64,000 nt of DNA from Scenedesmus sp. PABB004. Taxonomy: Eukaryota. The translations under genes were made by a program, and so were the position numbers. The notes under the pieces were generated by a model. The model did not search any database, was not told the DNA's origin, and saw only the letters and a list, made by a program, of their open reading frames with translations. Location: the NCBI GenBank assembly GCA_014905635.1, contig JABVCE010000002.1, positions 2,356,001 through 2,420,000 of the forward strand, given 5' to 3'. Shown here piece after piece: positions 47,103 to 59,002 of this stretch (position 1 is the first letter of the stretch; each line of letters opens with the position of its first letter).

Positions 47103-47821
47103 ATGGCCGGCAGCGGGATGCGCGACGGCGGCGGGGCCACGACGCACGAGGCGCTCGAGCTCTCCTTGTCCGCAGACGGCGGCGGCGAGATGGCCAGCTG
47201 CAGCGTCACGCTCGGCGGCGCCGTGGCGCCGGCCGCACTGGCCAAGGGCGGCGGCAAGGGCGAGTTGCAGCTGAGCGGCAAGGGCGACGGTGCTGCGCCG
47301 CGCGCGGCGTTTGAGCCCTCCCACGGCATCAGCACGGCGGGTGCGCGCCGCGCCGCGCCGCGCCGCGCCGGGTCCGGCCGGGGGCCGCCGCGCGCACGCG
47401 TCGCTCAGCGCGGCCGCCGGCCGCACGCGCGCGCAGAGGCGGACGCGCTGCGCGAGCGCTGGGGCCGCAACGAGCTGCAGGAGACGTGCAAGTCAAAGCT
47501 GCTCGTCTTTGTGGAGCTGGTGCGAGCGCTGCCCCGCTGGACCACTCACTCACTGCCTGCGCGCGCGGCGCAGCCCGTCGCTCGCTCGTCGCGGCTGCCA
47601 GCGCGGGCCCGGCCCACGCCGCACCTCGCCGCCGCCCCGCTGCCGCGCCACGCCGCGCTCGTGCGCCCTGCGCCGCCGCGCGCCGCGCAGCTCTACGCGC
47701 CCATGCCGGTCATGATCTGGGTGGCCTTCATCATCGAGATGAGCCTGCGCAACTGGCTGGACGGCAGCATCCTGCTCGCCATCCAGATCATAAACGCGCT
47801 GCTCGGCTGGTGCGGAAGCGG

Positions 47822-47852
<31 letters not shown>

Positions 47853-50800
47853 GGCGGCGGCGGCGCGCGCGGGGGCGGGCCAGCCGACGGCGCCGCGGCG
47901 GCGCAGGTGGGAGACGATCAAGGCGGCGGACGCGGTCGCGGCGCTGCGCGCGTCCCTCAAGCCGACCGCGACGGTCAAGCGTGACGGCGTGTGGCAGAAC
48001 ATCGACGCCACGCTGCTCGTGCCGGGTGCGCAGCCGGCGAGGCCCGCGCGACGGGCCCCTGCCTGCGCGGCGGCGCGGCCCAGCGGGCCCCCGCGTCAAG
48101 CGCCGCCGCGCCGCGCCGCGCAGGTGACATGGTGCTGCTGGCCGCGGGCTCGGCGGTGCCCGCCGACTGCCTGCTCAACGGCGGGCGGCTCGAGGTCGAC
48201 CAGTCGGCGCTGACGGGCGAGAGCCTGCCGGTGACCATGTACAGGGGCGACTCCGCCAAGATGGGCTCCACTGTCACGCGCGGCGAGGTGGAGGCGACCG
48301 TGGAGGTGCGCGCGCGCGCGACGCGCGACGCGCGACGCGCGGCCCCCGCCGCGCTGCCGCCGGCCGCCGCCCGGGTGCGCCGGAGAGCGCTGAGCGCGCC
48401 GCGCCCGCACGTCCTCAGTCCACTGGCGCGCACACGTTCTTCGGCAAGACCGCGGCCATGCTGCAGGCCGCCGACGGCGGCATCGGGCACCTCGCGCAGG
48501 CGCGGCGCCGCGCCGGCCGCGCGCGCTGTCCCGCCCACCGCCCGCCCAGCGCGCGCGCTCGCGTCGTCGCCGCCGCGACGGGCCGCCGCCGCACGGCGCC
48601 GCGCCGGCTCCTCCCCTCCCCCTCCACCCCTCCCCTCCCCTCTGCGCCTGCCGCGCGCAGGTGCTGATGAAGATCATGGGCGTGCTGGTAGTGGTGAGCG
48701 TGCTGCTCTGCGCCGCGATGCTCATCTTCCTGACCGCCCACGGCGGCGAGTCGTTTGGCTCGGCGCTCGAGTTTGTGGTCGTCGTGCTCGTCGCGAGCGT
48801 GCCGATCGCGATTGAGGTCGTCTGCACCGCCACGCTCGCGCTCGGCTCGCGCGAGGTGCGGCCCCTGCGCGCGCGCAGCCCGCCCCGCGCCCGGCCGGCC
48901 CACCGCCGCGCCGCGCTGTCGCGCCGTCGCGCCGCCGCGCCGCCCGCGTGCAGTTGTCGGCGCACGGCGCGATCGTGACGCGGCTGGCGTCGATCGAGGA
49001 GATGGCCGGCATGAACATGCTCTGCTCCGACAAGACCGGCACGCTCACGCTCAACAAGATGGTCATCCAGGCGCGCACAGCACGCGCAGCGCGCGCAGCA
49101 CGCGGCACAGCACACGCAGCATGCGGCGCAGCACGCGCGCGGGGGGCTGGCCGGCGCTGGCCGGCCCCGGGGCGCTGGCGAGCGGGCGCATCAGGGCGGC
49201 GGCCGCCGCCGACGCTGGCCGCCGCCGCACGCGCGCCGCGGCGGCGCGGCAGGACGACTGCCCCCTCTATACCCCTGGCGTGACCAAGGACGACGTGCTC
49301 GTCGCGGCGGCGCTCGCGGCCAAGTGGCGCGAGCCGCCGCGCGACGCGCTCGACACGCTGGTGCGGTGCCACGCGTGCGCGCGCGCCGGGCCGCCCGCGC
49401 CCCGGGCTAGCCCGGGCGTTGGAGCCAAGCGAGCGCCGCCACGCGTTGCGCGCAGGTGCTGGCCAACAGCGGGCTCGACCTGCGCCGCCTGGACGCGTAC
49501 GAGCAGCTCGACTTTGTGCCGTTTGACCCGACCGTCAAGCGCACCGAGGCGACGCTGCGCGGGCCCGACGGCGCGACGTTCAGGACCACCAAGGGCGCGC
49601 CCAACGTCATCGCCGCGCTGCTGGGCGACGACCGCGAGGACGTGGCGCGCCGCGTCGACGCCAAGGCGCGGCGGCGGCGGCCGCCGCCGCGCCGGCGCAC
49701 CTGCTGCCATCGCGCGCGGCGTGCGGTCCCTTGCCGACGCGCGCGTGCCGCTGCCGCACGCACCACGGCGCAGGTGCACGAGCTCGGGCGGCGCGGCATC
49801 CGCTCGCTCGCGGTCGCGCGCACCGACGCCGGCGGGTCCTGGCGCCTGCTGGGCATCCTGACCTTCCTGGACCCGCCGCGCCCCGACACCAAGGTCACGA
49901 TCGAGCGCGCGATGGAGTACGGGGTGGACGTCAAGATGATCACCGGCGAGTGACCGCGGCAGCCGCCGCTCTCCTGTGCTCTCTGTCTTTCTCTCTCGCG
50001 TGCGCGCAGGCGCGCCGCCCGAGCCCGCTCCTGGGCCTGAGGCCGCGCGCCGCCGCCTGCCGCTGCCCGCCCGCGGCGTCCAGGCGACCATGCCGTCATC
50101 GCCAGGGAGACGGCGCGCGCGCTGGGCCTGGACGCGAGCATCCAGGACGCGGCGGGCCTGCCGACGATGCCTGCAGACGGCAAGGTCCCCAAGGACCTGG
50201 GCGCGCGCTACGGCGAGATGATACTGCAGGCAGACGGCTTTGCGCAGGCGCGCGCCGCGCGGCGCGGCGGCTGCGGGCTGGCGCTGACCGCCCGGCCCCG
50301 CGCGTGTTGACCGCCCCGCCCCGGCCCGTTGACCGCCCGGCCCCGCCCGTTGGCCGCCCTCACGCCGCGCAGGTCTACCCCGAGCACAAGTACCTCATCG
50401 TGGAGGCGCTGCGCCAGGCGGGCTTTGCGGTCGGCATGACCGGCGACGGCGTGAACGACGCGCCCGCGCTCAAGCGCGCCGACGTCGGCATCGCCGTGCA
50501 CGGCGCCACCGGTGCGCGCCGGGCGGCGCGGCACGGCCATGCGCGGTGTGACGGGCCGGTAGCGAGCGAGCGCCCGCGCCCCACGCCCCACGCCCCACCC
50601 GGCGCCTGCCCGTCGCGGCGCGCAGACGCGGCGCGCGCGGCGGCGGACATGGTGCTCACGCGTGAGGGCCTGGGCGTGATCGTGACCGCGATCAAGGTCA
50701 GCCGCGCCATCTTCAGCCGCATGAAGAACTTCATCAACTACCGGTGAGGGGCGTCTGTGGTTTGTGTTTGTGTGTGTGTGGGGGGGGGGGGGGTAGCGCA

Positions 50801-52978
50801 CTGCGGAGACCTGCGCGTTCTCGCCCCGCCGTGCCGCGCCTGACTCGCCGTGCACCGCCGCGCCCCTGCACCGCGGCGTACAACCGCCAGCATCGCGTGC
50901 ACGCTGCAGCTGGTCGTGTTCTTCTTCGTCGCCGTGTTTGCGCTGCAGCCGGCGGCGTTCCGCGCCGGCGACCCGGCCGCGCCGCTGTTCTTCAAGATGC
51001 CGGTGCTGATGCTCATCCTTATCACCGTCCTCAACGACGGCACCCTCATCAGCGTCGCGTACGACCACGTCGTGCCGAGCCACGCGCCAGAGAAGTGGAA
51101 CCTCAAGGCGCGGCGCCCGAGGGAGGGGGCGGCGCACGGCCGAGGGGGGGGGGGGGGCTTGGGCGTCTCGTGACCCGAGCCCACCCGCGCGCGGCGCGCG
51201 GCGGCGCGGCGCCGCAGGTGCTGTGGGCTGTGTCGACCGTGCTCGCCGCGGTCGCGATGCTCTCCAGCACGCTGCTGCTCTGGGCGGCGCTCGACTCGGG
51301 CAACCCGCGCGGCGCGTTTGCGGCCTTTGGCCTGTCCCACATCCAGTACGACCAGGTGGGCGGGTGGTGGGTGTGCGGGCGGGGCGCCCGGCGGCGCCGC
51401 CGGCGCGGCGCTGTGCACGTGCGTGGCGCGGCGGCGACCGAGGCCTCGTCGCCCTGCGCACACTGAGCCGCCGCTGCCGCTCCTGGCTGCTCATGGGCAC
51501 CCGCGGCGGCCGCCAGGTCATCACCCTGATTTACCTGAAGATCAGCGTGAGCGGTGCGCGCCGCGCCGCGGGGGCCGGGCCCGGCGCGGCATGGCCGCGA
51601 GCGGAGCGCGCACGCGCTGCGCCGCCCAGCACACCCGCCCGTCGCGGCGCCCGCCCGTCGCGGCGCGCAGACTTCCTCACCCTCTTCAGCGCGCGCACGC
51701 ACGACGGGCCCTTCTGGAGCCAGCGGCCGTCGCCCATCCTCGTGGCCGCGGCGGGGGTCGCGCTGGGCGTGTCGACGGCCATCGCCTGCGCCTGGCCGCC
51801 GTCGCGGCCCGACGGCATCCCCACGCGCGGCCTCGCGCGCGGCGACGACTCGCGCCTCTGGGCGCTCTGGGTGTGGATCTACTGCCTCGTCTGGTGGGTC
51901 GTGCAGGACGCGTGCAAGGTGCGCGCGCCCACGGCGCGCGCGCGCGCCCCGAGGCGGCGCCCTGCGCGCCGCGCTGCGCAGCACCCTACGCGCCGCCGCG
52001 CCACCGTGCCGCCGTCGCGGCGCAGGTGGGCGCGTACTGGGTGATGCGCAGGTGGGTCGTCCGGGGACGGGGGACGCCTGCAGCGCGGCCGCGCCGCGTG
52101 CTGCCGCCGGCGCGCCCACGCCCACCGCCATGTACGCACACGCCATGCCGCCGCCGCGGCGCAGGTGGAACCTTTTCCAGATCAACACCGCGCGGCTGGT
52201 CAACAACCGCGGCGCGCAGCGCCTCACGGACAGGCCGCTCGCGCGCGCGAGCGCGGGCCTGGTCGAGGTGCGCGCCGGCCGGCCGCGCCCGCCCGCCCGC
52301 CCGCTGCGGCGGCCGCGGCCCAGCACCGCCCCGCTGCCTGCCGCCTGCCGCGCCGCAGAGCAAGCTGGTGGAGCTCAAGGCCGACCGCGCGCTCGACTCG
52401 GTGGCGCGCATCGCCGCCGCCGCCAACCGGCGCCGCACCGAGCCCGAGCCGCTCGCCGCGCAGCGCATGCGCCGCGTCACGCAGGCGCGCCGCCGCCGCC
52501 GCGGCCGCGTGGGAGCGCGCCGCGCTGCTGCCAGCGCGCGCCTTGAGCGACCCCTTGCCGCCGCCTGCCGCCGGCGGCGCCGCAGGAGTTGCAGGTCATG
52601 CGTGACGCCGCCAGGCAGGAGCATGCGGGCCCCGCCGCGGCAGGGCGCGAGGCCGCGGCCGAGCGGGCGCGCCTCGACGCCACCATCGCCCAGGCGCGCC
52701 CGCGGCGGCGGCCCCGACTGGCCCCGCCTGGCCTGCCTCGTGGTGGGGCGCGCCTCACCCGCGCCGCGCCGCGCGCCGTCCGCCGCGCGCAGATGGAAGA
52801 GGCGGTCGCGGCGGCGGACGGGGAGGACCGCGGGGAGCTGCAGGCGGCGCTGGCGGGCATGCGCGCGACCGCGGCGCGCTTCGCGGCGGTGGAGCGGCTC
52901 GTGGGCGCCGAGGGAGCGGCGGCGCAGCGTCGCGCCGGCTCCCGGCGCAGCCTGGCGGGCCGGCTGTCGGCGGCGTAG
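47103..52978 (+). CDS. Plasma-membrane-type P3A H+-ATPase, 23 exons
   Basis: [30 protein letters not shown] (phospho-Asp), [41 protein letters not shown]; all 22 introns can be placed in frame. Confidence 0.96.
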
Positions 52979-53441
52979 GCCGCAGGTCGGCCTGGGGGGG
53001 ACGGGGGGAGGGGAGACGGGGAGGGCGGGGCGGGGCGGGGCAGGCCAAGCGCGCCGGGCAGGGCAGCGCGCGCGTGACTCGAGGAGGACGGGGACGAAGC
53101 ACCTGGGTTTTCACATGACGACGCACGGGCAGCACCGCGGGCCGCGTGTTCTGGGTTTGGCGCGATCGCGCGACACACAAGGCTGCTGCATCCAGGGGGG
53201 GCATCGACCGCAGGACTGGTTGACCGACGAGTCAGACGTCACGGCCGACACTGTTAAGCTTCTGCCTGCTGACGGCGGCCGCCCCTGTGAGCCCCCGCAG
53301 GAGTGCCGGCTCTGCAACCACACACCACCGCCGCCTCTTCGCTCCGCTCGACGCGCGGCAGACGGCCGACGCGGCCGCCGCTCTGCGCACCCCGCACCGC
53401 GCGCCGCGCGCCGCTCTCACGCGCCGAGCAGCGCCGCAAGG

Positions 53442-55700
53442 ATGCTTGGCCGCAGGGCAGCGTGCGCTGGGCCCCGGGCCGCGGCGCGGCCTGCCGCGCG
53501 GCCGGGCGCTGCCGGCCGCGGGCAGCAGCGGCGGCGCGTCGTCGTGAGGGTGAGCGCGCCCGCGGCGTGGCGCCCATTGGAGTGCCGGGATGCTGCTACT
53601 CGGCGGCCAGGGGCGCCGCTGGCAAGCGCGAGGCGCGCGAGCTCTGGCGAGCAGGGCAGCAGCAGCGCCTGGCCGCGCCGCGGATTGCGCGCCAGCAGCT
53701 CTGCCGACGCCTGGCATGGGCAATTAAGCATGCTTACAGCCCACCCGAGCACCGGCGCCGCTGCGGCGCCGGCGGCGGCGGCGGCGCCGGCGGCGGGGTC
53801 GCTGCTGCGGCCGGGGGCCGCTGCCAGCCGCGGCCGCGCCGCCTGCGGCGGCAGCAGCGGTGGGCTCCTCTGCTTGCCGCCGACGCGGCTGGCACGCGAC
53901 CGCCCCGCAGGACGCGCCCAAGACAGGGCAGCACCAGGTCGACGCCGACCTGCGCGACGAGGCGCTCGCGCGCTTCTTCACGCCCGCCCAGGCGCCGCGC
54001 ACGAGCCCCACGACCGGCGGCGTGAACAACGTGGTCAACTACGTGGACACCGCTGACGGCAAGAAGTTTGTCCTGCGCATCTACAACAACGGCAACAAGA
54101 CCGACAAGGCGCGGCGCGCGGGGCAAGCGGGCGGGCAGTGGCTGGCGCTGCGGCGCCGCAAGCGGCGTGCAGGGGGGCCCGCGGCGTCACCACGCACCCA
54201 CCGCCCGCAGGTGCGCACGGAGCACGCCATCCTGGAGCAGCTGGGGCAGCAGGCGCTGAGCTTCCGCGTCCCGCGCGCGCTGCCGGCGCTCGACGACGGC
54301 GCGCCGTTCGTGGTGCTCAGCAGCGGCGCGGCGGCGTGCGTGTTTGAGATCATCCCGGGTGCGCCCCCCCCCCCCCCCCCCCCCCCCCCCCCGCGCAGCT
54401 CGACGCGCGCGGAGCGCGCCGCGCCCGGGGCGCCCGGGGCGCCGCCGCCGCCAGGCGCAGGCGCAGGCGCCCGAGCGCGCGCCGCTGCCGCCGCCGCCGC
54501 CGCGCGGCCCGCAGGCAGCCTGGCAAAGACGACGAGCCCGCAGGAGGTCGGCCGCGCGACGGGCGAGCTCTGCACCGCGATGGGCAAGGTGCGCGCGCGC
54601 GCCGCCGCCGCCGCCGCCGCCGCCGCCTCGCGTCGCGCGCGAGCTCGCCCCGCACACGCCCGCACGCTCTCCACGCTCGCCCGCTCTCCTCCTCGCACGC
54701 CGCGCGCCGCGCCCGCCGCGCCGCAGGTCGCGCTCGACCACACGCCGCCCGTCCCGCCCTATTACGACCTCTTCAACGTCCACGCTGCGATTGCCGGCGA
54801 CGCGGAGCGCTTCTACGCCGAGGCGGCCGCCAACCCCGCGCTCGAGCCCTGCCGGCCGTCGATCGACTACCTCGTGGGAGAGATCAGGGCCCTCGCGCAG
54901 CGCCTGCCGGCGTTTGGCCGCGACGCGGGACTGCCGCGGCAGCTCATCCACGGCGATCTGCACTACGACAACGTCATGGTCCTCGGCGAAACCGTCAGCG
55001 GGCTGCTGGACTTTGAGTTCTGCGCCGAAGACGCCAGAATCATGGTGCGGCGGCCGGCGCAGGCCAGCGAGAGGCCGCAGCGGCGCGAGAGGCCGGAGCG
55101 GCGCGAGGCCCTGCCGCGCGGCGCGCCGCCCGGCGCGCCCACGCCGCCTACCGCCTGCACGCTCCCGCCGTTGCCTCTTCAAACAACCACACGCGCGCAG
55201 GAGCTCGCCGTCGCGCTGTCCAAGTACGTGGGCGAGGCCGACCCGCTGCCGCTGATCGAGGCCTTTGTCGAGGGCTACTGCGCGACCGCAAGCCTCACCG
55301 ACCGCGAGGTGGAGGTCCTGCCCGACTGCATCAACCTGCGCATCTTCAGGCAGGCGCTGCTGCGGCGCCTGGCACACGCTGCCGCGGCGCGGCGCGCCGC
55401 CGCGCTGCGCCGCCGCGCTGCGCGCGCTGCTGCGGCACTGCGCCGCGCCGCGCCGGCGGCGCCCTGGCGGGCCCGCGCCGAGTGCCCCCGCGCCATCACC
55501 GTCGCCGCCGCCGCCGCCGCAGCAACGTAATCTACTTCACCGGCCGCGCGCTGGCGGGGGAGGACAGCATTGACTCGCTGGCCAGCCGGGCGGACAGCTA
55601 CGCGACGCGCGTGCGCTGGACCAACGCCAACCGCGCCGCGATCGTCGACGCGGTGCGGCGCCGCGTGTGCGCGCCCGCGACCGCCGGCGCGGCGCAGTGA
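53442..55700 (+). CDS. APH/choline-kinase-fold phosphotransferase, type II homoserine kinase-like, with transit peptide
   Basis: GGVNNVVNYV, KFVLRIYNNG, EHAIL, IHGDLHYDNV, LLDFEFC, ELAVAL; Arg/Ala-rich N-terminus. Exon structure 5' of 53911 is uncertain. Confidence 0.8.
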
Positions 55701-56111
55701 GCGGTCGCAGCGGGACTGGCGCCGGGCGGCACGGCGCGCCGAGCGGTCGGCCGTCGCCCGGTTGAGTTGCACATGCACCGGTGCACCGCCGCGAGCGGCT
55801 GCCGCGATGCAGCCGGCACCGTGAGAGAGGGGGAGAGGGAGAGGGGGGAGAGAGAGAGCGCGGCGCGTGTGAATTGAATGGGCTCAACTCAGACCACGGT
55901 CAACCCCACAATTGAATAGCGTTCGCAGCCCCCGCGCGCGCCGCCGCGCCCGACGTCTGGTCAACGCCGAGCCCCCGCCAGTGCTGCCGACCGACCGACC
56001 GAGCCCCGAGCCGGTTGCATTGAACAATTGTTCAGTGCCGTCGCTGCAACGAGCCGCTAGTGCTAGTGCCCCCCACCCGCCCCGCACGGGCTCCGGCGCG
56101 GCGGCCGTCAC

Positions 56112-58824
56112 TCACTCCTCGGCCCGCTTGGGCGTCGGCGTCGTGCGGCGCGCGCCGCGCGGGCTGTCGATGCGGCCCGTGGGCGCGTCGGCCAGGCTGG
56201 CGCACCGCTGGGCCAGCCCGCCCAGCAGCAGCGCCTCGCGCGCGGCGGCGGCGGCGACGCCGCCGGCGCCCCGCCCCGGGCCGGCGGCCGCGCTCGGCCG
56301 CGCGTCGCCGCAGGCGCACGCCGCGCCGTCGCGGCCGCAGGCCGCGCAGCAGCCCGGCGTCGCCGCCGCCTCCTCCTCGGCCCACGCGGGGAGCGCGCCA
56401 AAGGGCGAGGATATGAGGTGCCCGAGCTGCGGCGCCGGCAGCTCGCAGGAGTCGCCCGGCACGAGCAGCGTGGAGGGCCGGCGGTGCAGGTGCACGCGCT
56501 CGACCAGCGCGGCCAGGGCGCCGTCGCCGCGCCGCGCGGCCGCCGCTGCGCCGTCGGCGGCCTCCGCCTCCGGCCCGCCGCCGCCGCCAGCGTGGTACCC
56601 GCGCGCCAGCAGGAACCAGGTGCCCGCCGCGCACGCGACGCACGCCGCGAGCGCCGCGGCCGCGCCGCGCACCCACGCGCCGTGCCGCGCCGGGAGCGCC
56701 GGCGCCGCGCCGCCCGCGCCCTGCTGCTGCTGCTGCGGGGCGGCCTGCTGGCCGAGCAGGTAGATGGGCGCGTTGGCGGGGTTCTTGTAGTGCACCGCGC
56801 GCAGCAGGGGCTCGCCCTTGAACTGCACGCGCGCGTCCGGGTGGTTGCAGGCACACTTGAAGTACGCGCGCGCGGGCGGCGGCGGCGGCGCCGCGAGCGG
56901 CCCGCCGGCGCGCGGCGCCGCCGCCAGCAGTCCCGGCGCCTGCTGCGGCTCCGGCTCCGGCGCGCCGGAGCTGGAGGCCGCGCGCGCGGCCCCATCGGCG
57001 ACGGCCGGCACGTCATACCCCGCCACGCGGCGCTGCGCCGCGATGCGCTGCAGCCGCTCCAGCAGGCGCAGGTGGGTCGCTTTCGCCGCATCCGCGACGT
57101 CGGGCGCCGGCGCCTGCCCCGCGCCAGGCCCGGCCCAGCCCCAGGGCACCGCCGCCGCGTCGTAGCCGACCACGCGCAGCCCGGTGGGCAGCGCCTCGAC
57201 GCGGACGCGCTGCGCCCCCGGCGACGCGGGCAGCTGCTCCTGCGCGGCCGGGTCGGCCGCCTCGTAGCGGTTGGTGGCGCGGCTGCGCTCGCACTCGCGC
57301 GCGAGCTCGCCGTCCTCGTCCGCCGCGCCGGCGCAGCCGTCGAGGTCGAGCGCCGAGGCGTCCAGCCACTGCGGCGCCGCCTCCTCGGCGGCGCGCGTCG
57401 CCGCCCAGCGCGGCTCGCCGCCCTCGTACGCGTTGGTGGCGGCCAGGGCCGCCGCCGCGTCGGCGCCGGTGAACGCGGGCGCCGCCGCAGCCGCCGCCTG
57501 GCCATGGCCGGTCAGCGCGTCCCAGCCGCCCGGCGCGGTCAGGGCCGCCAGGTATGCCGCGGCCTCGGCCGCTGCCGCGGCGTCTGCAGCGCCGAGCGCC
57601 GCGGCGTCGCCGCCGTCGGGCGCGCTGTCGTAGGCGTTGGAGCGCGCGGCCACGTCGCCGCACGCGCCGGGGTCGGCGGCGCAGTCCAGCTCCAGCCCCG
57701 CGAGGCTGTCGTCATCTGCGGTGCCGCCGCCGCGCGTGCCGTCGCTGACCTGTGCACGCGGAGCGGGCGGCGCGGGGTGTGTCGGCGCGCTGCGCGGCTG
57801 CCGCGCCGCGGGCGCCGGGAGCCGCCGCGCGTGCGCGCGGCGCGCCCGGCGCGCGCCTCGGCCAGGTGCGCCGCCAGGTCGTCCGCGCCGAGCGGCGGCG
57901 TCTCCCCCTCGTACGCGTTGGCCCCCGCCGCCGCCGCGCAGCGCTCAGCATCGCCCGATGCGCTGCAGTTGAGTGCGAGCGCCTCCAGGCCGTCGGGCGG
58001 GTGCGCGGCGCCCCACGACCACGCGCCCGGCTCGGGCAGCTGCGCCGGCAGCTGCCGGGGCGGGGGCGGCGGCGTCGGCGGCGGGGGGCGGCGCTCCACG
58101 TGGCGCCGCGCGCGGCGGGGCGGCGCGGCGTGGCGGGTGCGCGGGCCCGGCGCCCCCACCTGGATCTCCGGCAGGCGCACGCGCGCCTCGCACGCGCTGA
58201 GCGCCGCCTGCAGCTCCATCCCCGGCGGCGCGCGCAGCTGCGACGCCGCGCTGTGCCAGGCGGCAATGCCCAGCAGGTAGCTGCCGGCGCCGCCGGCGCC
58301 GCGGGACAGCGGCGCGGCGGGGCGCCTGCGCGGGGCGGCGGCGCGGGCCGGTCAACCGCTGCGCCGCTGCTGCCGCGCGCCGCGCCGCGCTGCGCCGCGC
58401 TGCGCCGGCCCCGCGCCGCCGGCAAAGCGACCGGCGTGGCGCCAAGTGCGAGTGTCTCGCACAGCACTCACCGCAGCAGCGCGGCGCCCGCGGCCGCCGC
58501 GAGGAGCAGCAGCGCCGCGCCGCCTGCGAGCGCAGCGCGCCGCCGGCCGCCGCCCAGGGAGCCGCCGCCGCCGCCGCCGGCGTCCCCGGCCGCGGGCTCG
58601 GCGGGGAGTGCCTCCTCGAACGTGAACTGGCGCGACAGCGACCGCGAGAGCGCGCGCGCGGTGCTGCTGTACCAGCGATCGCTCGGTGGCGCCTCCTGCT
58701 TGCTGCTCGCGAAGGTCACGGTGCTCTGGTCGCTGCGGGCGCGCTTGGAGTCCTTGTACACGCCATTGCGCGGCGTGGCGTCCGTGGGCGGCCCGCCGCC
58801 GCCAGGGCCGCCGCCGAGCACCAT
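56112..58824 (-). CDS. Uncharacterised type II membrane protein with Cys/N(A/R)Y(E/D) repeats
   Basis: N-terminal TM (AALLLLAAAAGAALLR|YLLGIAAW), spliceable exons and a long last exon (YFKCACNHPDARVQFKGEPLLRAVHYKNP). Confidence 0.6.
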
Positions 58825-59002
58825 CGCGCGGGCTCCTCCCTCGCGCGGGCGGGCTGCCGGGCCGGGGGCCGCGCTCCTGGGGTGGTGGAATGCCGGGCGG
58901 CGGCGGGGCGATCGCAGCCGGCCCAGATGCGCGGGGCAGGGCGACGGTCAAGGCCGGTCAAACGCGGGCGCGCTCGCTCAGTTACGATCACCGCCCACCC
59001 GC

